From Candidatus Bathyarchaeota archaeon (lineage in GTDB: Archaea; Thermoproteota; Bathyarchaeia; Bathyarchaeales; Bathycorpusculaceae): a stretch of DNA of 64,000 bases. Below, in pieces: positions 52,138 to 63,002 of the stretch. The stretch's first letter is position 1, and each line of letters opens with the position of its first letter. The notes under the pieces were generated by a model. It saw only the letters and a list, made by a program, of their open reading frames with translations, ran no database searches and was not told where the DNA came from. The translations under genes were made by a program, and so were the position numbers. The stretch lies in contig CAWDYC010000003.1 of NCBI GenBank assembly GCA_963806535.1, positions 64,001-128,000 of the forward strand, written 5' to 3'.

Positions 52138-52929
52138 CTACGATTTTTCTCTTTTGAAGGAGCCATTTCCGCCTGCCTTAGTAATGTTTGTGACAACGTT
52201 CTGGCTTACTTCGTCAAGAAGTTCTTCAGCTCGTTTCCAGTTATCAGCCGAAACTTCGACGCTGTATCTGGGGGCGGCGATAACGCTAAATTCGATTTTA
52301 ACATCTTTAGCTTTTTGTCCTTTCTTGGCACCTAAAAATGCGTCCTGAATGCATTTGACTCCATTGGGTTTCATGCAGCGAATTTCCAGTACACCTCTAA
52401 CTTTCACCAATTTGATGTGAATTCGTTCTTCTGCAACTTCAGCGAAGGCTTTGGCAATATCCTCAGGTATCTCAAGTTTGGTTAGGGCGTCTATTCCTTC
52501 TTTAAGTACTTTTTCAAACCCCTCATATAAACCAACTTTTTCTTCAAGAATAATACCTGCTTTTTGGTAGACTTCATGAATAGGTAAACCCACTTTTTCT
52601 GCAACTGCACGTAAAAGTACTTCGCCTTTGCGGTCCTTTTTCCAAGCTTTGATTTTTTCGATTCTTTCCCGTTTTGTTACCCGTCTAAGGGATAAATCAA
52701 TGTGGCCTTTTTCAAGGTTAACATGAACAACTTTTAGGACCATTTTTTGTTTTTCCCGAACAAAATCACGGACATTTCTTATTCTAGCACTTGAAATTTC
52801 GGAGATGTGAAGGAAGCCTCGCTTATTATATTCATCTAGGTTAGCGTAGGCTCCATAATCCATAACACTCTCGATTGTAGCGATAACGAGGTCGCCAGAT
52901 TCAGGCCACTCAGGTTTATGTTCCGACAT
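52138..52929 (-). CDS. eif2a: translation initiation factor 2 alpha subunit
   Basis: S1 domain YGAY..LHISEI..KGHIDLSLRRV and AAPRY. Confidence 0.96.
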   Translation of the reverse strand: MSEHKPEWPESGDLVIATIESVMDYGAYANLDEYNKRGFLHISEISSARIRNVRDFVREKQKMVLKVVHVNLEKGHIDLSLRRVTKRERIEKIKAWKKDRKGEVLLRAVAEKVGLPIHEVYQKAGIILEEKVGLYEGFEKVLKEGIDALTKLEIPEDIAKAFAEVAEERIHIKLVKVRGVLEIRCMKPNGVKCIQDAFLGAKKGQKAKDVKIEFSVIAAPRYSVEVSADNWKRAEELLDEVSQNVVTNITKAGGNGSFKREKS

Positions 52930-52975
52930 AGGTTACATCTGCTCTAACAAACGAAAGGATATGGAATGGACTGCT

Positions 52976-53278
52976 TTATTCTTTTTTGTCCAATTTCACA
53001 ATATATATTTCTTTATTGCGTACTCTTAATGCTGTATTGAATTTTCTATCTGGTTTTTTGTTGTAGTTCTTAACTCTGAATGAGAACGGTGCGTACATTG
53101 ACCTAACTGTTTTTCCTTCTACTTCTACCTTAAACATTTTTTCGGGGCTTTCAATAATCTGTTTAAAAACTGCATCATATTCAGGAATTTTTGCGATTTT
53201 TCTGCCTTCAGGAATTTCCTTTACGGGAGTCGCTTTTGCGACTATTTTTTGGTTCTTACTTTTTTCTAGTTTACTCAT
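52976..53278 (-). CDS. hypothetical basic protein
   Basis: 100-aa Lys-rich ORF. Confidence 0.55.
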   Translation of the reverse strand: MSKLEKSKNQKIVAKATPVKEIPEGRKIAKIPEYDAVFKQIIESPEKMFKVEVEGKTVRSMYAPFSFRVKNYNKKPDRKFNTALRVRNKEIYIVKLDKKE

Positions 53279-53479
53279 CTAATTCACACTATACAGCTAT
53301 ATACAGTAATCACTCTATTTAACACTATCATTTGCATAGTATAAATAATAATGGTTTATTCAAAATAATAGTAAATAATAGAACTTCAGCACAAAATACT
53401 TACTTCGCACTTTTATCTTTTAAATAGCAAGGTTTTAGAATGCGTGATGCACTTTGATTGCTTGGTTAAAGGTGAATAT

Positions 53480-53602
53480 ATGAGCGTTATGAAAAGGAAG
53501 AAGAAGAATACACAGCTTGAACAGCAAAAGAAAGCCCAGCGAGAAAAAGATGCAAAAAAGAAAGCGATGCGATCACAGCTTCCGCCAAAAGGGAAGAAAT
53601 AA
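53480..53602 (+). CDS. small very basic protein (40 aa, missed by ORF track)
   Basis: GGTGA SD at 53471-75; MSVMKRKKKNTQLEQQKKAQREKDAKKKAMRSQLPPKGKK*. Confidence 0.6.
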   Translation: MSVMKRKKKNTQLEQQKKAQREKDAKKKAMRSQLPPKGKK

Positions 53603-53860
53603 GACCCCTTAAATTTAAAAAACAAAATAATTACTTAAAAAGTAATTTGCAAAGAGGCTTAGAATGCCTTATTCTTGCAATAAATCACTTTTTTAAATTT
53701 AAAGAATATTATTTTTGAGTAGTTTTTCTTTTTTACTTGTGCCTGCATCAGATAAATTCTTACATTATTTTCTATTCAGAGTTTTGCATTGCTCAAATCT
53801 ATGTGTTAATGGGGCAAACTTAAATTATACAATGCGCCCTACGGGATATAACAAACGGTA

Positions 53861-55036
53861 GTGTGCATGAGGCGGATTCCAACACAGTTCTTCACTCCAG
53901 TATGCAGAAATCCCCAACTCGCAAGGAGTTTCGCTAGAGGAGCATACAGAGAATTTGTTAAAACAAAATTAGATTATGGAAATGAAGATGGAAGCAGCTC
54001 TGCCCTATGGCTACTGAGCTTAAGAATTACTCACCGGTGCAATCATCGATGTGCAATCTGTGCGCAATGGGGGCAAACCGGATATAACGCGAGAGAAGAC
54101 ACGCCGAAAGTTACGGGTGAAGTTCCAATAGAAGTTTACAAAAAAGTAATAGATGAAGTCGCCCCATCAAAAGTTCACGTTTACATAACAGGTGGAGAAC
54201 CCTTCCTCTACGAACCACTTATTCCGCTTGTTAATTATATGAAAGAAAAAGGTTTGACTGTTCAAATAGTTACAAATGGTTCATGTTTAGAAAAAAATGC
54301 AGAAACCATAGTTGACAACGGATGGGATATGATTTGCGTATCCTTCGATGGTCCAAGAGACATTCACGATAAATGCCGAGGCGTTCCAGGAGCGCTAGAT
54401 GCGACAATCAAAGGTATAACGGCAATTCAAAAATTGAAAAAAGAGAAAAAGAAATCTAAACCTGCAATCTTTGTCTTAACAACAATCTCAAAGAATAATG
54501 AAAACTATTTGCTTGACACAGTTAAAGAAGCAGAAAAGTTAGGCCCTGACGGCATGACAGTTTACTACTCTTGGTTCACACAAGAATGGATAGGGCAAAA
54601 GCATACTAAGATAGCAGAAGAAAAATTAGGCATAACACCTTTTGCATGGAAAGGCTATGTACGAGACACAACAAAAATGAATATTGACAATATCGCTGAA
54701 CAAGTACAGATTATTAAATCTAGAAAATCAAAGTTACCTATTCTATTTGTTCCCAACCTCAAGCCCGAGGAGATACGAACTTACTATAATGAACCCGAAA
54801 ATTTCTTCGGTTACAAAAAATGTGTTTCACCATGGTTCCAATTAGATGTAATGCCAAATGGAGATACAGTAACATGCAGAGACTTTCCAGACTTCGTGAC
54901 AGGAAACATTAAGGAATCAAGTATCCACGAAATATATAACAGTGAAAAACACCGCAAATTTAGACGCGCACTAAGAAGCTGTGAGAATGGAGTTTTTCCA
55001 ATCTGCTCTCGATGCTGCGGCTTAATGGGGTACTAA
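53861..55036 (+). CDS. radical SAM protein with SPASM/twitch domain
   Basis: CNHRCAIC, ITGGEP and CVSPW..NGD..C..CSRCC. Confidence 0.88.
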   Translation: MCMRRIPTQFFTPVCRNPQLARSFARGAYREFVKTKLDYGNEDGSSSALWLLSLRITHRCNHRCAICAQWGQTGYNAREDTPKVTGEVPIEVYKKVIDEVAPSKVHVYITGGEPFLYEPLIPLVNYMKEKGLTVQIVTNGSCLEKNAETIVDNGWDMICVSFDGPRDIHDKCRGVPGALDATIKGITAIQKLKKEKKKSKPAIFVLTTISKNNENYLLDTVKEAEKLGPDGMTVYYSWFTQEWIGQKHTKIAEEKLGITPFAWKGYVRDTTKMNIDNIAEQVQIIKSRKSKLPILFVPNLKPEEIRTYYNEPENFFGYKKCVSPWFQLDVMPNGDTVTCRDFPDFVTGNIKESSIHEIYNSEKHRKFRRALRSCENGVFPICSRCCGLMGY

Positions 55037-55065
55037 AAATTTTTTTCCTCGCTGGTTGATTACTT

Positions 55066-55806
55066 ATGGAACCCGTCGACGTTGCCATTCTCACAATGAA
55101 CAGCGAACGTTTGCTCAATGAATGTATTAATTCTGTTTACAGAAACATACCAGTTCACAATCTCATCATTGTTGACGGTTACTCCACTGACTGCACAGTA
55201 AATATAGTGAAAGAATTTCAGCAAAAATATGGAAATGTAATTTTCGTTCAAGAAAAAGGAACCAGAGGCAGCGCTAGACAGAGTGCAATTCAACTTGTTA
55301 AAACCGACTGGTTCGTGTTTGTAGATAGCGATGTTATCTTGTCAAAAAACTGGTTTGCTGAGGCAGAAAAACTTGTAAGAGATAACGTAGGCGCTATCTG
55401 GGGTATTGAAATTTGGTCGGTCCTGCAAGGAAGAATAATATTAAAGATGTTTGAAAGGGTTACACTAAAAATTTTCGAAAAAAGAGGCGGAACCCATGAC
55501 TTGCTTGTTCGACGAAAAACAGTAGAAGATATCAAAATACCCTTTCAACTGCACACTTACGAGGATGGGTACATCAAAGATTGGATAGGCAAAAAAGGCT
55601 ACAAAGTAATAGGCGTCTATGAACCCTACTGCGTTCATTATCGACCAGAAGAAGTGTGGACAGCCAGAAAACATGTTGAGTTTATGGTTAGCGACCTTAA
55701 ATATGCAGTTCACCGCCCGGCACTTCTGCTGTCGTACGCTTTTTACTCTCTTATTGTTGGTTACCAAATTGTTTTTAGTCGATTGAAGCCAGAAATCAAA
55801 AAGTAA
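55066..55806 (+). CDS. glycosyltransferase family 2
   Basis: VDGYSTD and FVDSD motifs. Confidence 0.88.
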   Translation: MEPVDVAILTMNSERLLNECINSVYRNIPVHNLIIVDGYSTDCTVNIVKEFQQKYGNVIFVQEKGTRGSARQSAIQLVKTDWFVFVDSDVILSKNWFAEAEKLVRDNVGAIWGIEIWSVLQGRIILKMFERVTLKIFEKRGGTHDLLVRRKTVEDIKIPFQLHTYEDGYIKDWIGKKGYKVIGVYEPYCVHYRPEEVWTARKHVEFMVSDLKYAVHRPALLLSYAFYSLIVGYQIVFSRLKPEIKK

Positions 55807-56143
55807 ACACCATCTCCAGCCGACAAAATTAAATTTAAATTAGATTTGGACAAATACTTAATTTTTCTATTGAAGAGTAAACCTGCATGAGAGGCAAATT
55901 ATGAAACTACAATTAAGATTAAACAATTTGGTTTTGAAATTGCCTCTTTTTGTATTGAAGCTTGTAGTCTATTCGGAATCTTCAGTTTTAACTATGACAT
56001 TTCTTTCATTATATGGCTTAATTCATGGCGTTGCATGTGTACCAAAAAACAGGATAGCTGCGATGAAAAGTTTATTCCATTATGGAATTAGGGTGATTAG
56101 ACATGGCCTGGGAACATCAATTCATGCAGTGTAAATTTTGAGA

Positions 56144-56383
56144 TTATTTGATTATTTCGCCTGTGGCTGATTTTTCGCCGACTTGTGTTATCTTTATTTT
56201 CACGCAGTCTCTTGGTTTGGCTTTTGGCACAATTATGGCGTAGCCTCGAATTTTTGACATCCCGTCTCCACTTGGACATATGTCGGTGATGTTTACTAAT
56301 AATTCCTCGCCTAACTCGACCGGACATTGTTTCTCAACATGCTTGATCGTGTAGTGTCCGCCTCGTACTCTTCTATGGACCAT
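56144..56383 (-). CDS. single-TRAM-domain RNA-binding protein
   Basis: CPVELGEE..GDGMSKIRGYAIIVP..VKIKI. Confidence 0.8.
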   Translation of the reverse strand: MVHRRVRGGHYTIKHVEKQCPVELGEELLVNITDICPSGDGMSKIRGYAIIVPKAKPRDCVKIKITQVGEKSATGEIIK

Positions 56384-56540
56384 GCAAAAACCTTGCCTTG
56401 TTTCGTTTAATTATAAATGAGTGCTTAAATCTTCCGCGGTCTTATCTCCGTTCTTTTATCATTATTAGCAATTCATAATTGATATAGGTAATCGCTGCAA
56501 CTACTGAAGTAATCAGCTCGATGGTTGCAGAACTATTCAA

Positions 56541-59189
56541 ATGCAAAAAGAGATAGAAACTCAACCTACAATATTTATAGAAGGTTCAAAAACTAGGTCA
56601 ATCCGTATTTTACACGTTGACGACGATTCTTCAATGCTTGGGCTTTCTAAGCTGATGCTACTGGATTTTGACAATAGCTTTGAAATTGATCAAGCTTGCT
56701 GCGTCGAAGAGGGTCTCCGTAAATTAGCAGCCGGACATTATGATGTTGTTGTTTCCGATTATGACATGCCACAAAAAAACGGTCTTCAATTCCTAACCGA
56801 ACTGCGTGAACAAAAGAATGAAATCCCATTTATACTGTTTACAGGCAAAGGAAGAGAAGAAGTAGCCATAAAGGCATTAAATCTTGGAGCCGACGGATAC
56901 CACGACAAACAAGGTTCACCAGAAACCGTCTTCGGAGAACTAACACACATCATACGACGATGTGTAGAGCACTACAAAGCTAAACAAGACTTGATTAAAA
57001 GCGAAACCAAATACAGCTACTTATTCTCGAATATGTTAAACGGCTTTGCCTACTGCAAAATGATCTACGATGAAAAAAACAAACCTATAGACTTTGAATA
57101 CCTCGAAGTTAATGATGCTTTTACAAAATTAACAGGATTAAAAAGAGAAGCCGTTATCGGGAAAAAAGTCACTGAAGCAATTCCTGAAATTGAAAAAACA
57201 AACCCTGAAGTAATTGAAATCTACGGAAGAGTTGCCTTAACTGGAAAAGAAGAACAGTTTGAAATATTTTTCAATCCAATCAAAATCTGGTTATCGGTTA
57301 CCGCTTATTGCCCCGAAAAAGGATATTTTATCGCATTATTCGACAATGTTACTGAACGCAAAATAGCTCAAGAATCACTGCGTGAAAGCTTGATTCAATA
57401 TCAAAGTCTAATCAATGGAATGAACGATACGGCTTGGGTTATTGACTTTAGCGGAAACTTTTTACAAGTGAATGATGCAGCAGTAAAAGTACTCGGATAT
57501 ACTAAAGAAGAGTTACTTTCTATCGGAATAAAAGGAGTTGACACCTATCTAAGTAGAGAACAAGTTGAAAAAATAATAAGTGATTTACCCGCTTCCAAAA
57601 AACAAGTTTTTGAAACAATACATACCACTAAAGACGGAGTAGATATCCCGGTAGAAATAAGCGCAAGCCTAATAATGTACCAAGGAAAACCGGCAATACT
57701 AAGCGTTGCGAGAAATATCTCTGAGCGTAAGCGAGAGGAGATAGATTTGCAAAATAGTGAGGCGAAACTTCGCGCTGTTCTTGATGCAACACCATTTCCT
57801 GTTGCCTTGTTTGATATCAAGGATGATAGAATTATTTTTTGGAGTCGCAGCGCGCTGAAGCTTTTTGGGCATATTGCAAAAACCGCAGAGAACTAGTATG
57901 AGACAGCCTACCCGGACCCTGTTTACCGTCAAGAAGTGATTAATCGATGGAAGCCTACTTTGAAAAAGGCGCTCCGGACGAATCAATGGGTCAACACAGG
58001 AGAATACAACATTACTTGTCGTGATGGCTCTGTGCGAATTTGCGAACTCTACGCGGCGATATTAAAAGATCTGCTTATTGTCACGTTCAATGACATAACC
58101 GAGCGCAAAAAAGCTAAAAGAGAATTGCAAGAAAGTGAAGAGAGGTATCGATCGCTCTTTGAACAAGCACCTATTCCCGTTGCCATAACAACTTTAGATG
58201 GAACCTTCGTCGACGCGAACCTTGCAATGCAAACCTTCACAGGCCACTCTCTAAAAGAATTAGAAAAGATGTCTATTGAATCATTTTATCAAAACCCAAA
58301 AGAACGAAAGAAGTTACTTGAAATTTTCAAACGAGAAGGTGCGGTACCTGATTTCTTTACCCGTCTAAAAGACAAAAACAACAACATTATTGATGTTGTT
58401 TTGAACGTTTCAAAATTTCAAATTGGAAATGAGAGTTATCTCCGAACAACCATTCAAGATGTCTCTGATCTTGTGAAAGCTGAAGAGACACTGAATCAAA
58501 TCATGGATCAATTGGTATTGGTTATTGAAAAATTAGGTGTCGTAGGGAGTTTGACTAGACATGATGTCCGCAACAAGCTTTCAGCGGTGACTGGTTATGC
58601 GTACTTACTCAAAAAGAAGTATGCTAATAAGGCTGATATCGTAGACGGACTTTGCAAAATGGAAGAAGCTGTTAGAGATTCGATGAAGATTTTTGATTTC
58701 GCAAAAATGTACGAAGAGCTAGGTTCAGAAGTGCTAATCCCCACTAATGTCGGGTCTAAACTAAATGAAGCACTTACTCTATTTTCTAGTGAGTTACCTA
58801 AGACAATTAATGAATGCAGTAACTTGACTATTTTGGCAGATTCATTTCTAAGGCAACTTTTCTATAATTTCATAGATAACACCAGAAAATACGGTAAAAA
58901 AACTACATTCATTAGAGTATATTATGAAAAAACGGAAACTGGTGATTTGCAGCTGATTTATGAAGATGACGGTGTAGGCATTTCCGCAGAGAATAAGTCA
59001 AAACTCTTCTCTGAGGGCTATAGCACTGGCGGCAGCACTGGGTTTGGATTGTTCCTTATCAGAAAGATGATGGATATTTATGGTTGGTCGATCCAAGAAA
59101 CAGGCGAACCAGGCAAGGGTGCTCGATTCGTAATTACAGTTCCCAAGAAAAACAAATCTGGTCAACTAAATTATCAGACCAAATCTTAA
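56541..59189 (+). CDS. REC-PAS(n)-histidine kinase interrupted by an in-frame TAG at 57894-57896
   Basis: REC (HVDDD, SDYDMP), several PAS domains, RHDVRN H-box, DDGVG and GFGL; both ORFs are in the same frame. Confidence 0.85.
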
Positions 59190-59282
59190 GCGTACATTTT
59201 CTCCAATTATCCTGCTATCTTTCTAATGTTTGAATTTGCAGAAAGACCTATTGCAATCGGTTCTTGACTACCTCTATTTGAA

Positions 59283-59699
59283 TTAGATTGCGTCGGCTGC
59301 GATTTTCAGTTTTTGCTTTCTTGGGTATCGTCGATTTGTTCTGTTCTTAAGTATCTTTTCCAGAGATTTAACTGATTTTTGGTAAAGCTTCTTTTCCGCC
59401 ATAATGTTATTTGGCACTCCATGAACATACCACGAATGAAAATGATAACAGTGAAAGAAAAGCTGAATGTAGGTTTCTCCCATTTGGGTAGCTGCCTTTG
59501 TTAAAGTCTGGATGTTGTCTGTTTTTGTATTGGCAACTTGAGCAATATCGGTTTTCAAACCCTCCCACAGCAATTCCCCAGCTTCAGATAAAGCGTCGCC
59601 CTCTCCGCTCTCCAAATATTTAGCGTACAATTCTTTGCTTAGACCCAAAAACTTCTCGATTTCATTATTAACAATCATTTGGATCAATGAATTAAACAA
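59283..59699 (-). CDS. hypothetical protein, weakly PaREP1/HEPN-like
   Basis: YLESG..ALSEAGELLW..HFHSW pattern. Confidence 0.5.
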   Translation of the reverse strand: MFNSLIQMIVNNEIEKFLGLSKELYAKYLESGEGDALSEAGELLWEGLKTDIAQVANTKTDNIQTLTKAATQMGETYIQLFFHCYHFHSWYVHGVPNNIMAEKKLYQKSVKSLEKILKNRTNRRYPRKQKLKIAADAI

Positions 59700-59831
59700 A
59701 TTAGATATGGGTAAAAACCTTTGCTATAGATGCAATTTTTTTCCCATCAATAACTTACGGTTGAGAAACTTTTGGAAAATCTTGAAAAGTTGTTTGGGGT
59801 AAATTGATTAGAGGAGCTTGTAATTCGTTCA

Positions 59832-60068
59832 CTAAATAGACAATTTTTCCAAAAGAGAAAATCCAGTTAAGTGAATTTGACTCTGACATTTGTTACAGCA
59901 AATCACTATTTCTTCCAAACCGTGACTATTGACTTTTGGCTCCAGAATGTTGTAAGATTCTTCATTAGTCTCGTCTGGCGATATTACATTTCCACATCTA
60001 GGACATGAAAAGTCTCCGTTGCCTTCCATTTCAGTCAAATCCAATTTGTACGCTTGTGTCTGTTCCAT
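59832..60068 (-). CDS. small CPxCG zinc-finger protein
   Basis: CPRCG..CNKC; GAGGT SD-like site upstream. Confidence 0.75.
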   Translation of the reverse strand: MEQTQAYKLDLTEMEGNGDFSCPRCGNVISPDETNEESYNILEPKVNSHGLEEIVICCNKCQSQIHLTGFSLLEKLSI

Positions 60069-60381
60069 TCATCTTACCTCGCTCATCATTCAATTTTTCA
60101 GATTATAAAATTATGTTGTTACAAAATGAAACAACAATCATGTACTAACGTTTTGGAGTGTGTGAACTACGTTCTCTTTGGTTGTTTCCAAAATCTTTTA
60201 GGGAAATATTAGGAAGAGAGGTCTGGCGCAAAATATCATCATCAGAACATATAAAAAATATAAAATAAATTGTAGCTTGACTTATCTTATGTTACCCATT
60301 TCTCGAAAGACCTCAAGCACAAAAAACGGTTCTGGATCAACAAAAAAGTTGGAGAATAAAACTCCCTGTTGAATTCTTACC

Positions 60382-60672
60382 CTATGGCTTTGTGAGAGTT
60401 ATCTCGATCGTTGAAACCATTCGAGACCTGTTCTCGCCTTCTCTTGGCGGCATCTCGGCGGTACCGATTGCCACATTTGTCACTTTAAGTTCTTTTATAA
60501 AACGGTTTCTCGTGATTTCTGCGCAGTCAACTGCGGTCGTGATTGCTTGGCCTCTTGCTTTTAGAGTAATTTCTTTGTTTACGCCAGAAGAGAATGCGGT
60601 TATGATGGCGAGTACATAGCTCATTGGCGGTTTGTTTCCGACGAAGATTACGTCGCTAGGTTTTTCTGTCAT
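60382..60672 (-). CDS. albA: DNA/RNA-binding protein Alba
   Basis: VGNKPPMSYV, LKARGQAITTAVD and VSTIEI. Confidence 0.95.
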   Translation of the reverse strand: MTEKPSDVIFVGNKPPMSYVLAIITAFSSGVNKEITLKARGQAITTAVDCAEITRNRFIKELKVTNVAIGTAEMPPREGENRSRMVSTIEITLTKP

Positions 60673-60971
60673 ATTCTTGTCACTTCTCGATTTCAAAGGG
60701 CATCGTCTGGTATATGGCTAATGCCGTCTTAGCGATGACTCCCAAGCATTTCGGAGATTTATGTATCTTGGATGCATAAGGTTTAAAAAAAGAAAACCTT
60801 TTGCTTGACTGGGCAGGTTCAGAGGGAACTGCTGGATGGTTCGCCATCTTCATGCACTTCCGCAAACTCTAACCTCCCCGCTTGAATTTTCACGGTCATC
60901 CGAAATCCAGGAGCCGTAGAGAGAAAGAGGTGTTTCGAGTCCTACCTTATCCTCCGAACTTTGGCAACGAC

Positions 60972-61043
60972 TTGACAGAAAAAGGCTTTGATTACGTCAT
61001 CGAATTCGAAGGCACCAAGATCTTCAGGAAACGCAAATTCTAG
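60972..61043 (+). pseudogene. C-terminal remnant of an archaeal tyrosine integrase
   Basis: LTEKGFDYVIEFEGTKIFRKRKF* resembles the GF(D/E)YV..FRKRK tail I recognise from TACK site-specific integrases; 45 bp from the tRNA 3' end. Confidence 0.55.
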
Positions 61044-61088
61044 CAGAATAATCACCCGTTGGGCCCCTTCAAAAGGTTCATTGATATG

Positions 61089-61176
61089 TGGTGCAGGGGG
61101 TGGGATTTGAACCCACGAACGCCTACGCGATAGGGTCCTAAGCCCTACTCCGTTGACCTGGCTTGGAGACCCCTGC
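61089..61176 (-). tRNA. tRNA-Leu (anticodon TAG), CCA encoded, no intron
   Basis: GCAGGGG acceptor stem, anticodon arm TAGGG-CTTAGGA-CCCTA, long variable arm, GTGGG-TTCAAAT-CCCAC T arm, ACCA end. Confidence 0.97.
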
Positions 61177-61321
61177 ACATGTCGATGCAAGATTGTACAA
61201 CCTAATTAATATGAAGCTTTTCCTCGCAATTGCACGAATCTTATCTAGCTAATCTTTTCTTAGCTTCGCTATAAAGTAATATACTTTCAAGCTAATGAAA
61301 ACTTGCCAAGAGTGTTAATGC

Positions 61322-62041
61322 ATGAGAAAGATGAAAGGGTCGGGCAACTACCTAAAAAACCAGGTTAGAAAAAACTTGGCAAAAGCCATTGCCTGTTTAC
61401 TATTGTTTTTCTTAATCTTTTCTGTTACAAGCCTACAAGTCGCTCTTTACCTTGAACTTCAATATTCTTGTAGCTGTAGGATTCGCCGTTTCGTTGGCGC
61501 CATTAGCCGCATTTTACTATTTTTTGCGTAAATACCGAATTTACGATGGCGGTTGGGCAGGAGAAAAACAGGTAATCAAACTCTTAGACAGCAAACTCAG
61601 CGACGATTACATATCTGTTAAATGACCTGTACCTTCAAGGTGGCGGCGGCGACATCGACCACGTCGTCCTTGGCCCCAACGGCATATTTGTTTTAGAGAC
61701 TAAGAATTGGAATGGAAATATAACCTGCAACGGTGATTTATGGCAAAGATCGGGTAAACAAAACTTCAAGGGAAGTCCAAGTCGTCAGGTTAAAAGGAAC
61801 GCATCCACGATAAAGCACATAATTGATTCTTCACAGGCTCTTAGACCCCTTGACATTTTCGTTGAAGGCATCGTGGTCTTTACAAACAACCATGCAACTC
61901 TCCACCTGAACAATCCCACGGTTGCAATCGTCAAGCTTCCTCAATTGCCCAACCAAATAACAACCTATCAGAAGCTCAACCAACTATTCTCGACAGCAGC
62001 TGGAAGCCATTGGAAAAGAAATTTTAAAACAAAAACGTTGA
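61322..62041 (+). CDS. membrane-anchored NERD-domain nuclease-like protein (frameshifted)
   Basis: GWAGEKQV..NDL..GDIDHVVLGPNGIFVLETKNW..SPSRQV across frames. Confidence 0.75.
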
Positions 62042-62067
62042 AAAAAATTAATTTTGAACTTTAATTC

Positions 62068-62726
62068 TTAGCCACGCTTTTCTTTTGACGAAAAGAACAG
62101 CCGTTAGAGCTAGTTATTAGTAGGGTGCCCATCGTTAGGAAATTTGAAATAGTAAATGCATTGTGGTCAATTGACGAGAGGACAATGGTAGACGAAGACG
62201 TAAAATGTAATTAAACCTGAAATTAATTGAGTCACATGGATTATTTTTCTTATTTGATATGCTTTTGATTTTACTTTGTTGAGAGCAGATTCAATATGTT
62301 TTGAAACGTCTGGAAGATCATCTAAAAACAAAGTTAACCCTGTCAAAAAGAAAAATCGCCCAGCATTAACCGCTATGTTTGCAGAATTCACAATGAAAGA
62401 GCTTGTCTAACGGAACAGATGTGAATGTTACAATGAAAATTGCCGCTATAAATAAAACGAAAAACACCGTAAACATAATGGTGAAACCACAGTCGTCCGG
62501 TGTGCAGACATCTGCCTATGCTTGCGCTCGGAAAAATGTTGACAATTGCTGCTACAGCTGCTAACAGAAATAGGTTTCCATTAATAAGGTATGGTGAATA
62601 TGACCTCCAAGCATGGAAGTAGAAACCATATAAAATTCCAGCGATGGAAGCTAAAGTTATGAATGAATTAAGCATCAACGTTAAACTGAAAGTTTTTTTA
62701 GTTAATACCCAAACCTTGCCGGCCAT
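62068..62726 (-). CDS. hypothetical multi-TM membrane protein (frameshifted)
   Basis: GRLWFHHYVYG and GLTLFLDDLPDVS in consecutive ORFs. Confidence 0.6.
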
Positions 62727-63002
62727 ATCACAGCGCCCTAGAAACTGCCCTTTATCTTCCCATTTTAACGTACCTTTGCAAAACCACTCATTTAAAATTA
62801 ACGCATGTTTAGGATAAAAACAATGTGTTAGGCTTCTTATGCATGAATGTTTTTGCCGAAAAATGTTTCTTTCTATGTTGAGTTTTTTGTTATTGTTGGG
62901 TTACACCAACAAAGCGTTATCTAAGCAGCCGACTTATTCTCTTTTGAAAAAAACTTATAGACACTCAGCCGAGCATTTACTTGTAAAGGTGGTGAAAAAA
63001 AT

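Noticed and set aside
56541-59189. Genome-wide TAG recoding to pyrrolysine
   Set aside because: TAG terminates several conserved genes at their expected ends (tyrA, eif2a, albA, dtxR, the RHH gene).
60800-60960. SRP RNA, RNase P RNA or fluoride riboswitch
   Set aside because: The diagnostic motifs (SRP helix 8, RNase P GAGGAAAGUCC-type P4, crcB consensus) were not found; kept only as an unknown structured candidate.
60942-61190. 82-aa minus-strand ORF
   Set aside because: It overlaps tRNA-Leu and is spurious.
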